A stretch of DNA of 64,000 bases from an uncultured Clostridium sp. Its GTDB lineage: Bacteria; Bacillota_I; Bacilli_A; RF39; UBA660. A model generated the notes under the pieces. The model was given only the letters and a program-made list of their open reading frames with translations, made no database searches and was not told the origin of the DNA. The stretch is from contig CABULC010000005.1 in NCBI GenBank assembly GCA_902492325.1, positions 6,162-70,161 on the forward strand. Reading direction: 5' to 3'. Positions within the stretch are counted from its first letter, which is position 1, and every line of letters begins with the position of its first letter. A program made the position numbers and the translations under genes. Shown here in pieces: positions 10,287 to 19,210 of the stretch.

Positions 10287-11279
10287 ATGGTTGATTTAAG
10301 AAAAAAATGTTTTCTAAAAATATTTGATTTTAAAGAAGAAGAGATTAGATATTTATTAGATTTAGCAAAAGATTTTAAAGAAAAGAAACATAATCATGTA
10401 ACTCATGATTACTTAAAAGGAAAAAATATTGCATTAATATTTGAAAAGACTAGTACTAGAACTAGATGTTCATTTGAGGTTGCAGCTTATGATTTAGGTA
10501 TGCATACTACTTATTTAGATTCAAGTGGTAGTCAACTTGGAAAGAAAGAAAGTATTGCTGATACTGCTAGAGTTCTTGGAAGAATGTATGATGGCATTGA
10601 GTTTAGAGGATTTAAACAAGCATCAGTAAATGATTTAGCTAAATATTCTGGAGTACCTGTATGGAATGGACTTACTGATACTTTTCATCCAACACAAGTG
10701 CTTGCTGATTTTATGACTATGGAAGAACATTTTGGTCATTTAAAAGGATTAAAACTTGTATTTATTGGAGATACTAGAAATAATATAGCTAATTCTTTAA
10801 CTGTTATGAGTGCTAAAATGGGAGTTAATTTTGTAGCTTGTGGACCTAAAGAATTATGGGGAGATGAAAAAATTCTTTCTAAAGCACGTACTATTGCTGA
10901 AAAGAATGGATGCACAATTACACAAACTGAAGATGTAAATGAAGCATTTAAAGATGCTGATGTAATATATACTGATGTATGGGTATCAATGGGAGAACCA
11001 GATGAGATATGGGAAAAGAGAATTAAACTATTAAAACCATATCAAGTAGATAAAGCTAAAATGTCTATGGCAAAAAAAGATGCTATATTTATGCATGCTT
11101 TACCTTCATTCCATGATCAAAATACTTCAATAGGAGTAGATATTAATAATAAATTTGGTATTCCAGAAATGGAAGTTACTAATGAAGTGTTTGAAAGTGA
11201 GCAATCAGTTGTATTTGATGAAGCAGAAAATAGAATGCATACTATTAAAGCTGTTATGTATGCAACATTAAAAGATTAA
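10287..11279 (+). CDS. arcB: ornithine carbamoyltransferase (catabolic, ADI pathway)
   Basis: 330 aa. STRTRCSFE carbamoyl-phosphate motif, [16 protein letters not shown]-type ornithine-binding region. Immediately downstream of arcA. Confidence 0.9.
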   Translation: MVDLRKKCFLKIFDFKEEEIRYLLDLAKDFKEKKHNHVTHDYLKGKNIALIFEKTSTRTRCSFEVAAYDLGMHTTYLDSSGSQLGKKESIADTARVLGRMYDGIEFRGFKQASVNDLAKYSGVPVWNGLTDTFHPTQVLADFMTMEEHFGHLKGLKLVFIGDTRNNIANSLTVMSAKMGVNFVACGPKELWGDEKILSKARTIAEKNGCTITQTEDVNEAFKDADVIYTDVWVSMGEPDEIWEKRIKLLKPYQVDKAKMSMAKKDAIFMHALPSFHDQNTSIGVDINNKFGIPEMEVTNEVFESEQSVVFDEAENRMHTIKAVMYATLKD

Positions 11280-11301
11280 TAAAAGTAAGGGAGTTTTAAA
11301 A

Positions 11302-12018
11302 ATGAAGTTGATTAAGAAAATATTTATAATAACAATTGTACTATTATTAATATTGTCAGGCTTATCTTATATAGATTATTTTCTTGTCAAAACTAAAAAT
11401 GTTGTACCTAAGATTTCTTTGAAGGAAGATAAAAAAGAATTTATTGTATATAAAGCACCATTTTATAAAGTATGGTATTGTAAAGATAGTAAAACTACTG
11501 TGATAGGAGGGTATGATGATCCTGATGCAGTTTGTCCTAAAAATTATACTTATGATAATGGATATTATACAAATTCTTTAGGAGTAAAAATTTCTCAAAG
11601 AGATTTAGAATTAATTACTAAAAATGGTATTTATACAAGTGAAATGGTTGAAGCAATGAAAGATGAAAAAGCAGTAAATGATGCTGTGTATGTTGCTTCT
11701 TTATATGGAAAGACAGTGTACAAAAAATTAGTTGATAAAAAAGACAATGAGATGATGGTAGATAATAACTATTTAGTTGTTTTTCCCAAATTTAAAGAAG
11801 TAAAAGGTGTATATGATTGGTATTATGATGAAGAAGATGATACACAATTTTATTGCTTAATTGAAAAAGATAATGAAATAATTTATTCTAAGTATGAGAA
11901 TAATAGTTGCGATAAAAAATATAATAAGTTAAAGCTTGATACTGAATGGTGTGGTAAGTATAAAGATTCGACACTTGTATATAATGAAGATGTAATTAAG
12001 AAATTATGTGAAGAGTAA
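11302..12018 (+). CDS. secreted Cys-containing hypothetical protein
   Basis: N-terminal signal/TM helix. No recognisable domain. Confidence 0.45.
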   Translation: MKLIKKIFIITIVLLLILSGLSYIDYFLVKTKNVVPKISLKEDKKEFIVYKAPFYKVWYCKDSKTTVIGGYDDPDAVCPKNYTYDNGYYTNSLGVKISQRDLELITKNGIYTSEMVEAMKDEKAVNDAVYVASLYGKTVYKKLVDKKDNEMMVDNNYLVVFPKFKEVKGVYDWYYDEEDDTQFYCLIEKDNEIIYSKYENNSCDKKYNKLKLDTEWCGKYKDSTLVYNEDVIKKLCEE

Positions 12019-12083
12019 TGTGAGTTACTCTTTTTTTCTTGTTTATGTATATTCAACGTGTTATAATTGATATGGTGAAGTAT

Positions 12084-12881
12084 ATGAAAAAAAGAGTGAT
12101 TAGTGCTATAGTAGCTTTGATTATTGTAGTACCATTATTGATTTTAGGTGGTTATTGGTTTTATATAGGAGCATGTGTTATAGGAGTAATTGGTTTTAAT
12201 GAATTCTTATTAGTTCGTGAAAAAGAAAAGAAGTTACCATTAATAGTTAAAAGTTTATCAATGGCTGCTTTTATACTTTTGATGATGTCATCAATATCTA
12301 ATAGTTATACATTTAAAATTGATTATAGATCATTATCACTTGTTATGTTATGTTGCTTATTACCATTATTATTTTATCCTGATAGAAAAGAGTATGATGC
12401 TGATGATGCATTCTATCTATTAGGTGGAGTATTCTTTTTAGGAACTGCATTTAATTTCTTAATTACTATTAGAAATATGAGTTTAGACTATTTAGTTTAC
12501 ATTATGTTAGTAACATTTATGACAGATACATTTGCTCATTTCTTTGGAACTAAATTAGGAAAGATTAAATTATGTCCTAAAATTAGTCCTAATAAAACTG
12601 TAGAAGGAGCTTTAGGTGGCACTTTCTTTGGTACATTTATTGGAGTTGTATATTTTATAACATTTATTAAGATTGATGCTAATTTATTATCAGTATGCTT
12701 AATATCTTTATTCTTATCTGTTATGGCTCAATTTGGAGATTTATTCTTCTCATCAGTTAAGAGAAAATATGGTGTTAAAGATTATGGTAATATTATGCCA
12801 GGACATGGTGGAGTACTAGATAGGGTAGATAGTTTATTATTTGCTATATTAGCATTTACTTTTGCAATAACATTCTTCTAG
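12084..12881 (+). CDS. cdsA: phosphatidate cytidylyltransferase
   Basis: Polytopic membrane protein with C-terminal CdsA signature (PNKTVEGALGG...). RBS before ATG 12084; the track ORF begins at 12039. Confidence 0.85.
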   Translation: MKKRVISAIVALIIVVPLLILGGYWFYIGACVIGVIGFNEFLLVREKEKKLPLIVKSLSMAAFILLMMSSISNSYTFKIDYRSLSLVMLCCLLPLLFYPDRKEYDADDAFYLLGGVFFLGTAFNFLITIRNMSLDYLVYIMLVTFMTDTFAHFFGTKLGKIKLCPKISPNKTVEGALGGTFFGTFIGVVYFITFIKIDANLLSVCLISLFLSVMAQFGDLFFSSVKRKYGVKDYGNIMPGHGGVLDRVDSLLFAILAFTFAITFF

Positions 12882-12891
12882 GAGGGATAAA

Positions 12892-13953
12892 ATGAATTTC
12901 TTGATAACGTTATTGATATTATTTATAATTTTAAGTGTAATAATAATTGTCCATGAATTTGGACATTTTATTGCGGCAAAAAAAGGTGGGGTTTATATAG
13001 ATGAGTTCTCACTTGGTATGGGACCTCAACTATTAAAACATAAACCTAAAAAGAGTGAGACAACTTATTCTTTGAGAGCTTTTCCAATTGGTGGTTTTGT
13101 TTCTATGGCTGAAAAAGAAGATCCTAGTAACAAAGCTATTAAGAAAAATCAAGTACTTGAGAATAAGAGTTTTGGAAGAAAACTATTAGTATTAATAAAT
13201 GGTATATTATTTAACTGTTTCTTAGCTATTTTCTTATTCTTTATAAGTGGACTTTTTTATGGCAGACCTGTTAGTGAACCAGTGATTAATAAAGTTGTTG
13301 AAGGAATGGCTGCAGAACAAGCTGGACTTGAAAGTGGAGATAAGATTCTTGAAGTTAATGGTGTTAAAATAAATACTTGGGATGATTTCTTATTAGAAGC
13401 ATCTGCTAAAAAGTTAAAAGATGAATATATATTTAAAATAGAAAAAAGTAATGGAGACATTAAAGAATATAATTTAGTTCCTGAAGTACAAGAAGTTGAA
13501 GGACAAGAAGTAAAAGTATTTGGTATACAATCAAGTGGAACAACTTACTATAAAGGATTTAAAAATGCAGTAATATATGCGTTTGAAGGATTCTATACAA
13601 ACTTTAAAACAATATTTAAAATATTAGGTAATTTATTTACTGGTGAAGTTCCAGTTAAGAGTCTTAGTGGACCGGTTGGAATATATTCACTTGTAGATTC
13701 TGTTAAATCTCAAGGATTAAATACATTACTATATTTAACTGCATATTTAAGTATTAATGTAGCAATTATTAATTTAATACCTATACCAGTATTTGATGGT
13801 GGAAGAGTATTACTATTATTGATAGAAAAGATAACAAGAAAGAAATCTAGTGAAAATTTAGAAGCTATATTAAACTATATTGGTTTTGGTTTAATGATTT
13901 TATTGATGCTTTATGTTACATTTAATGATATAATAAAGCTTGTGGTGAAATAA
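12892..13953 (+). CDS. rseP: RIP zinc metalloprotease (site-2 protease)
   Basis: HEFGH zinc motif at the N-terminus, PDZ domain, C-terminal LDGG motif. Conserved cdsA-rseP synteny. Confidence 0.9.
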   Translation: MNFLITLLILFIILSVIIIVHEFGHFIAAKKGGVYIDEFSLGMGPQLLKHKPKKSETTYSLRAFPIGGFVSMAEKEDPSNKAIKKNQVLENKSFGRKLLVLINGILFNCFLAIFLFFISGLFYGRPVSEPVINKVVEGMAAEQAGLESGDKILEVNGVKINTWDDFLLEASAKKLKDEYIFKIEKSNGDIKEYNLVPEVQEVEGQEVKVFGIQSSGTTYYKGFKNAVIYAFEGFYTNFKTIFKILGNLFTGEVPVKSLSGPVGIYSLVDSVKSQGLNTLLYLTAYLSINVAIINLIPIPVFDGGRVLLLLIEKITRKKSSENLEAILNYIGFGLMILLMLYVTFNDIIKLVVK

Positions 13954-14324
13954 TGAAAAATAGTTATTTAGATAATAAAGTTGTATTAAAATATTGTCCT
14001 GATTACTATAGAATAATAAATGAAGAATTTAGTGAGCTTGACTATATGACTGATAAAATAATAACTATTTTTCAGTCTTATATATTTAGAATTGATATTA
14101 CAGATAAAACTGATTTGAAAAAAGTTGGTATGCTAAATAAAGCAGTTGCTAGATATATTGATGACAGGGAGTTTAAGACTTTACTCACTTCTTCTTTAAC
14201 ATCTCTAAAAGTTTCTAAAAAGGAAACTGATGTTATTGGTGTAATAGTAAAAACTATTATAGATGAGTATAAAAAGTATATGGAAGGATTTACAAGAAAT
14301 TTGTATATTCCTAGATGGATTTAA
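13953..14324 (+). CDS. hypothetical protein
   Basis: 123 aa ORF, start overlaps the rseP stop. No recognisable motif. Confidence 0.4.
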   Translation: MKNSYLDNKVVLKYCPDYYRIINEEFSELDYMTDKIITIFQSYIFRIDITDKTDLKKVGMLNKAVARYIDDREFKTLLTSSLTSLKVSKKETDVIGVIVKTIIDEYKKYMEGFTRNLYIPRWI

Positions 14325-14349
14325 ATTTTAATAAGGTGTGGTAATAAAA

Positions 14350-14838
14350 ATGAATTATGATAAAGGCTTATACTATGAAATCTATAGCGAATTTTATAGT
14401 GTTAATAAGTTTAGAAAACTTAAGTCTATAATACATCATGGTGATAATAGACTTAATCATATAAATAGAGTCGCTAAAATGAGTTTTTTTATCTCTTCAA
14501 AAATGGGGTTGGATTATATTTCTTGTACAAGAGGTGCTCTTATGCATGATTTCTTTACTACTGATGATTTAAGTAAAACTGACAGTAGATATAAAGATTT
14601 CTTAAGGACTCATCCTAAAGAAGCACTTGCTAATGCTTCTAAGTACTTTGAAATAAACGAAGTTGAAAAAGATATAATACTTACACATATGTATCCAATT
14701 ACTAGAATTAAACCTAAATATAAAGAATCTAAGATAGTTAGTATTTGTGATAAATTAGTTAGTTTTTATGAATTTTTTAGATTTGAAGTTAAAGCTAATT
14801 TCTGTTATGCGTTATTATCTTTTTATAAATTAATTTAG
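14350..14838 (+). CDS. HD-domain phosphohydrolase-like protein
   Basis: H...HD pattern (HHGDNRLNHINRVAKM...ALMHDF). ATG 14350 preceded by AAGGTG. Confidence 0.55.
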   Translation: MNYDKGLYYEIYSEFYSVNKFRKLKSIIHHGDNRLNHINRVAKMSFFISSKMGLDYISCTRGALMHDFFTTDDLSKTDSRYKDFLRTHPKEALANASKYFEINEVEKDIILTHMYPITRIKPKYKESKIVSICDKLVSFYEFFRFEVKANFCYALLSFYKLI

Positions 14839-14877
14839 ACTAGTTACTAGTCTTTTTTTGTGCTACAATAGGTATGT

Positions 14878-14954
14878 GTCCATGTAGCTCAGTAGGATAG
14901 AGCAATCGCCTCCTAAGCGATAGGTCGTTGGTTCGATTCCAATCATGGACGCCA
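14878..14954 (+). tRNA. tRNA-Arg (anticodon CCT)
   Basis: 77-nt cloverleaf. 7-bp acceptor stem GTCCATG/CATGGAC, anticodon stem ATCGC/GCGAT with loop CTCCTAA (anticodon CCT), T-arm GTTCGATTC, encoded 3' CCA. Confidence 0.9.
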
Positions 14955-14965
14955 CTTCGTAAAAT

Positions 14966-14996
14966 AAAATACTTAAGATTAAACTTAAGTATTTTT
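14966..14996. terminator. bidirectional terminator
   Basis: ACTTAAG-attaaa-CTTAAGT hairpin followed by TTTTTT. Serves the tRNA and the convergent minus-strand gene. Confidence 0.6.
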
Positions 14997-16292
14997 TTAT
15001 CTCTTCATATTATCATTAAATGTTTCATTTTCGAATGTCATTGTTATAGTTTCACCTGATGTTTTTTTGAATTCTATTTGTGTATCGTTTGGAAGATATC
15101 TAAGAACATTCTCTAAATATCTATCATCACCGTTTTTAATTACACTTCTATAGTTTGTCCATATCAGATTAGTAGGGTCGCTTATATCACTACGACTATA
15201 TCCTGTATCTCTGCAGCACTCACTGATTACTTGATCCATGTATGCACTTCCATAGTTATAACATTGAATAGCTCTTGGTACATTATAATTTTGTTCTCTA
15301 AGAGCATTTTGAAATAACATACATCCATATTTTATATTATATTCTAAAGTACTTGCTTTTTCTTTAGTTATTGTAACTGTTTCTTCTTCGTTAGTTCTAA
15401 AATTGAATGCTGATATGTCTTCGTTATCCCAGTTCCAGCCACCTTCAATTTGTATTTGAAATAATCCAAGTCCTCCACCTGCATCAACAGTTTCAGAGTG
15501 AACACCTCTTTCTTGAGTAGCTAAAGCAAGCATTACCATTGGATCAAGTCCATATTCAGTTGCATATTTTTCAATTAAATCAAAATATTTCTCTTTAGTA
15601 TTTTGATATTTTTCGCTACCAGTTAAATCTTCTGTTTCTATAGTAAATGGATTTACTTTTTCTTCTTGTACTTCTTCTACAGGTGTAGGTGGGATTGTTT
15701 CTTTTACTTCTTCTTTAATATCCACTATTGGTGGGGTTGTTACTGTGAATTCTTTATTTATATCATCTTCGATTTCGATATTTTGAGAATAACCTACTGA
15801 AGGGTTTATATCTACGTTAGTTGCAGCTTTTGTATCAGCTTTAGAAATAAAAGATAATAACATTATAGTTGATAGAGTAAGAGCTGTAACAGTTGCAGCT
15901 ATAGTTTTTTTATTACTCTTTTTTCTTGTAACTGTTTTATTTTTACCTTTTATATATTCTCTATCACAAGTGTAATCGATAGTTTCTGTTTGATATCTTC
16001 TTTCTTGATGAGCTTTAGCTCTTATTCTTTCTAACTTTTGCTTATACTCAGCTGATATTTTGGCAAGTTCTGTAAGAGCATCATCATCAACATCATAGAA
16101 AGTTAAGATTATTGTATCTTTATTAATTTTTTCATCTATTTGTTTATATTCATCAGCAAATAATTTTAATAGTGAATTAAGTCTTCCAGGTTCCATTTCT
16201 ATAGTACCAGTTTTATTACTATTAATATCGTGAGTATAAACACATTTTAATACATTATCATAATCATCTACTATAAATCTTATCGCATTCAT
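14997..16292 (-). CDS. membrane-anchored protein with C-terminal lytic-transglycosylase (SLT/lysozyme-like) domain
   Basis: 431 aa. ~130-aa cytoplasmic N-terminal domain, one TM helix (IAATVTALTLSTIMLLSFI), Pro/Glu/Thr linker. C-terminal ...LALATQERGVHSE...GGLGLFQIQ resembles the SLT catalytic Glu and GLMQ motifs. Confidence 0.55.
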   Translation of the reverse strand: MNAIRFIVDDYDNVLKCVYTHDINSNKTGTIEMEPGRLNSLLKLFADEYKQIDEKINKDTIILTFYDVDDDALTELAKISAEYKQKLERIRAKAHQERRYQTETIDYTCDREYIKGKNKTVTRKKSNKKTIAATVTALTLSTIMLLSFISKADTKAATNVDINPSVGYSQNIEIEDDINKEFTVTTPPIVDIKEEVKETIPPTPVEEVQEEKVNPFTIETEDLTGSEKYQNTKEKYFDLIEKYATEYGLDPMVMLALATQERGVHSETVDAGGGLGLFQIQIEGGWNWDNEDISAFNFRTNEEETVTITKEKASTLEYNIKYGCMLFQNALREQNYNVPRAIQCYNYGSAYMDQVISECCRDTGYSRSDISDPTNLIWTNYRSVIKNGDDRYLENVLRYLPNDTQIEFKKTSGETITMTFENETFNDNMKR

Positions 16293-16549
16293 TATTCTTC
16301 TCCTATATTAGATAATATGCTATCTATATAATCCCATTCATCATCATTTTCAATTTCATGTAATTTTAATTCATTATCATTTATTTCAAAAGTAGATGCA
16401 TATACATCTTTATTATCATTATTTTCTGTATAGATTATATAATTCTTATTATTATCTTTATTAGTAATCATTTTGATAATAAAATATTCTTTTGTAATAC
16501 CATCTTCAGTTAATTTAAATGTTAGTTTATTTTTCATATACTTCACCAA
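16292..16549 (-). CDS. small acidic hypothetical protein, translationally coupled to the SLT-domain gene
   Basis: 85 aa. Stop overlaps the downstream ATG (ATGA). Confidence 0.4.
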   Translation of the reverse strand: MVKYMKNKLTFKLTEDGITKEYFIIKMITNKDNNKNYIIYTENNDNKDVYASTFEINDNELKLHEIENDDEWDYIDSILSNIGEE

Positions 16550-16646
16550 TACTATTTTAACATAATGATTTTATTTTATAAAGAACAATATGTTTGATTA
16601 ATTGACTTTTAAAGTGTATTTATGTAAAATGTTGTTGTGATTATTT

Positions 16647-19154
16647 ATGATTAAAATTAATAAAAAAGATAAGCTTAATTTAATTATTATGACTGTTATA
16701 TTTTGCTTGATTATAATATTTATATTAAGAAATGGTAATTTATATGGAAGTATTCTTGATTGGAATACTCAACATTCTGTTATTCCAGAATATTTTAGAA
16801 GTTTATTTTATAAAACTTTAAATATATTTCCCGATTTTGCTTTAAATTTAGGAAGTGGTCAAAATATATATAATTATAGTTATTATGGGCTTTTTAATCC
16901 TGTTATAATTATTTCATATTTTTTACCATTTATTAGTATGAAAAGTTATATTCAAATATCGAGTATATTACTTGTATATTCTAGCGTTATATTATTTTAT
17001 TATTTTCTAAGAAGAAATAAAATTAATGAGAATGTTAGTTTATTATCTAGTATTGTATTTTTAACAGCTAGTCCATTATTATTTCATTCTCATAGGCATA
17101 TTATGTTTATGAATTATATGCCATTTTTAGTACTTGCATTAATTGGTGTAGATAAATATTTTGAAAAAGATAATAGTAAATTACTGTGTATTTCAACAGT
17201 ATTAATTATATTAATGAGTTATTACTATAGTATACCAGCTATTATATCAATAGTTATATATGGTGTTTATAAATATATTAAACTTAATAAAAAGATAACT
17301 TTTAAATCATTTTTCAAAGATGGGTTTAGATTTTTAATTCCTATAATGATTGCGATACTTATATCTTGTGTGTTATTAGTTCCAACATTTTATGCGATAT
17401 TAACAGGAAGACTACCTAATGATATACATATTAGTTTAAGTGATTTATTAGTACCTAGAATTAATGTTAAATATTTGATGTATAATGCTTATGGAATAGG
17501 TCTTACATCTATTTCATTACTTGCGTTAATTACATTTGCTTTTGATAAAAAACGTGAGAATAGATTTTTATTAATTTGTTTATCATTTCTTATTATTTTT
17601 CCAATTATTAATTATTTATTAAATGGAACCATGTATATAGATGCTAAAGTATTAATACCATTTTTACCTTTATATACTTTAGTAATATCTTATATGTTTG
17701 ATAAAATAAGTACTAAAAAAATAGATTTAAGAAAGTTAATTATTGCGTCTTTAGCAGTTCTATTCTTAATATATGTAGGTAAAAGTAGTTATGGAAATTA
17801 TTTCTATATAGATTTTATATTTAGTTTGATTTTAATAATTATTGCTACTAAAACAAATACTAAATATTTATTTAAAGTATTAACTATAGTTTTGCTTGTT
17901 ATATATTCTTGTGCTGGTAATAGTAAAGATACATTAGTATCAAGAAAAGATATAAATTCTAGTGAAAATGTTAATCAAGAAAAATTAATAAAAAAAATAC
18001 CTAAAGGGTATGATCATACGACATTATATAATTTGAAATTAGAAAATGTTAATAATATATATGGTAATTTAAATATATATTCTGATTACTTATATTCATC
18101 TACTGGAAATGCTAACTATAATTTATTTATGTTTGATACATTTGAAGTACCTATGCAATCTAGAAATAGATTAATAATAAGTGCTAATAAAGATTTAATG
18201 TATTTGATGTTTTCAAACAATAGATATTTTATTGGAGATAATGTTGATATAACTGGTTATAAAGAAATAGACAAAATAGGGGATACAAAACTTTATGAAA
18301 ATACTGATGTTCTTCCATTTATGTATGTAAGCTATAACTATTATAATAAAACTGATTTTAGTAAGAAGTCATTTCCATATAACAATGAAATATTACTAAA
18401 TAATGTAGTTGTTAATGAAAAAACTAATAATGAGTTTAAAACTAGTATTAAAGAAACATTTATTAGACAAAGTGATATTAAATATATGGATCCTAGTATC
18501 ATAAATAATGGAGACAGAATAACTGTTAAAAAAGATGATAGTAGAATGTTAATAGATGTACCAAAAGTTGCTCGTAATAAAATATTGTTTGTAAGTTTTG
18601 AGTTAGAACCTCAATCTTGTAGAGTAGGAGACTTACTAGTAAATATAAATGGTAATACTAATAAACTTACTTGTAGAGAGTGGAAATACTATAATGGAAA
18701 TACTACATTTAATTATGTAATATCTGGAGATACATCTAATAAAGTAGAAGTTACATTCTCAAAAGGAATGTATAAAATAGATAATCTAAAAATATATTAT
18801 ATGGATTATAATGATATCAAAGATATAAATAAAAAAGTTACTAAGGTAGACATTGATTCCAAAACTAAAGGGGATAAAATATATGCTTCAGTTGAAGCAG
18901 AAAAAGATGGTTACTTTGTAACAACACTACCGTATGATAAAGGATTTACTATTAAAGTTGATAATAAAAAGGTAGATTATGAAAAAGTAAATACAGCTTA
19001 TGTTGGATTTAAAATATCTAAAGGAAAACATAATATAGTTATTGAATACAAAGCTCCATTTAAAATAGTAGGTTTAATAATGAGTTTTGCTGGTATTATT
19101 GTGTATATACTTTTCTATCATAAAAATTTAATTAAAAATATTAAGAAAAAATAG
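16647..19154 (+). CDS. YfhO-family polytopic membrane protein (putative glycosyltransferase)
   Basis: 835 aa. Many N-terminal TM helices, conserved N-terminal region (ILDWNTQHSVIPEYF...SGQNIYNYSYYGLFNPV), large extracytoplasmic C-terminal domain and a terminal TM. Confidence 0.7.
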   Translation: MIKINKKDKLNLIIMTVIFCLIIIFILRNGNLYGSILDWNTQHSVIPEYFRSLFYKTLNIFPDFALNLGSGQNIYNYSYYGLFNPVIIISYFLPFISMKSYIQISSILLVYSSVILFYYFLRRNKINENVSLLSSIVFLTASPLLFHSHRHIMFMNYMPFLVLALIGVDKYFEKDNSKLLCISTVLIILMSYYYSIPAIISIVIYGVYKYIKLNKKITFKSFFKDGFRFLIPIMIAILISCVLLVPTFYAILTGRLPNDIHISLSDLLVPRINVKYLMYNAYGIGLTSISLLALITFAFDKKRENRFLLICLSFLIIFPIINYLLNGTMYIDAKVLIPFLPLYTLVISYMFDKISTKKIDLRKLIIASLAVLFLIYVGKSSYGNYFYIDFIFSLILIIIATKTNTKYLFKVLTIVLLVIYSCAGNSKDTLVSRKDINSSENVNQEKLIKKIPKGYDHTTLYNLKLENVNNIYGNLNIYSDYLYSSTGNANYNLFMFDTFEVPMQSRNRLIISANKDLMYLMFSNNRYFIGDNVDITGYKEIDKIGDTKLYENTDVLPFMYVSYNYYNKTDFSKKSFPYNNEILLNNVVVNEKTNNEFKTSIKETFIRQSDIKYMDPSIINNGDRITVKKDDSRMLIDVPKVARNKILFVSFELEPQSCRVGDLLVNINGNTNKLTCREWKYYNGNTTFNYVISGDTSNKVEVTFSKGMYKIDNLKIYYMDYNDIKDINKKVTKVDIDSKTKGDKIYASVEAEKDGYFVTTLPYDKGFTIKVDNKKVDYEKVNTAYVGFKISKGKHNIVIEYKAPFKIVGLIMSFAGIIVYILFYHKNLIKNIKKK

Positions 19155-19210
19155 AGATATTTTTTCTTTTATTATGTCTATTTTTTTAATAATGTGTTAA
19201 TATAATTTGT

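Noticed and set aside
14842-14854. ACTAGT-N-ACTAGT palindromic motif recurring at 14842 and 62952 (a possible shared regulatory element)
   Set aside because: Both occurrences are simply stems of rho-independent terminators followed by T-runs. Two instances is insufficient to infer a motif family.
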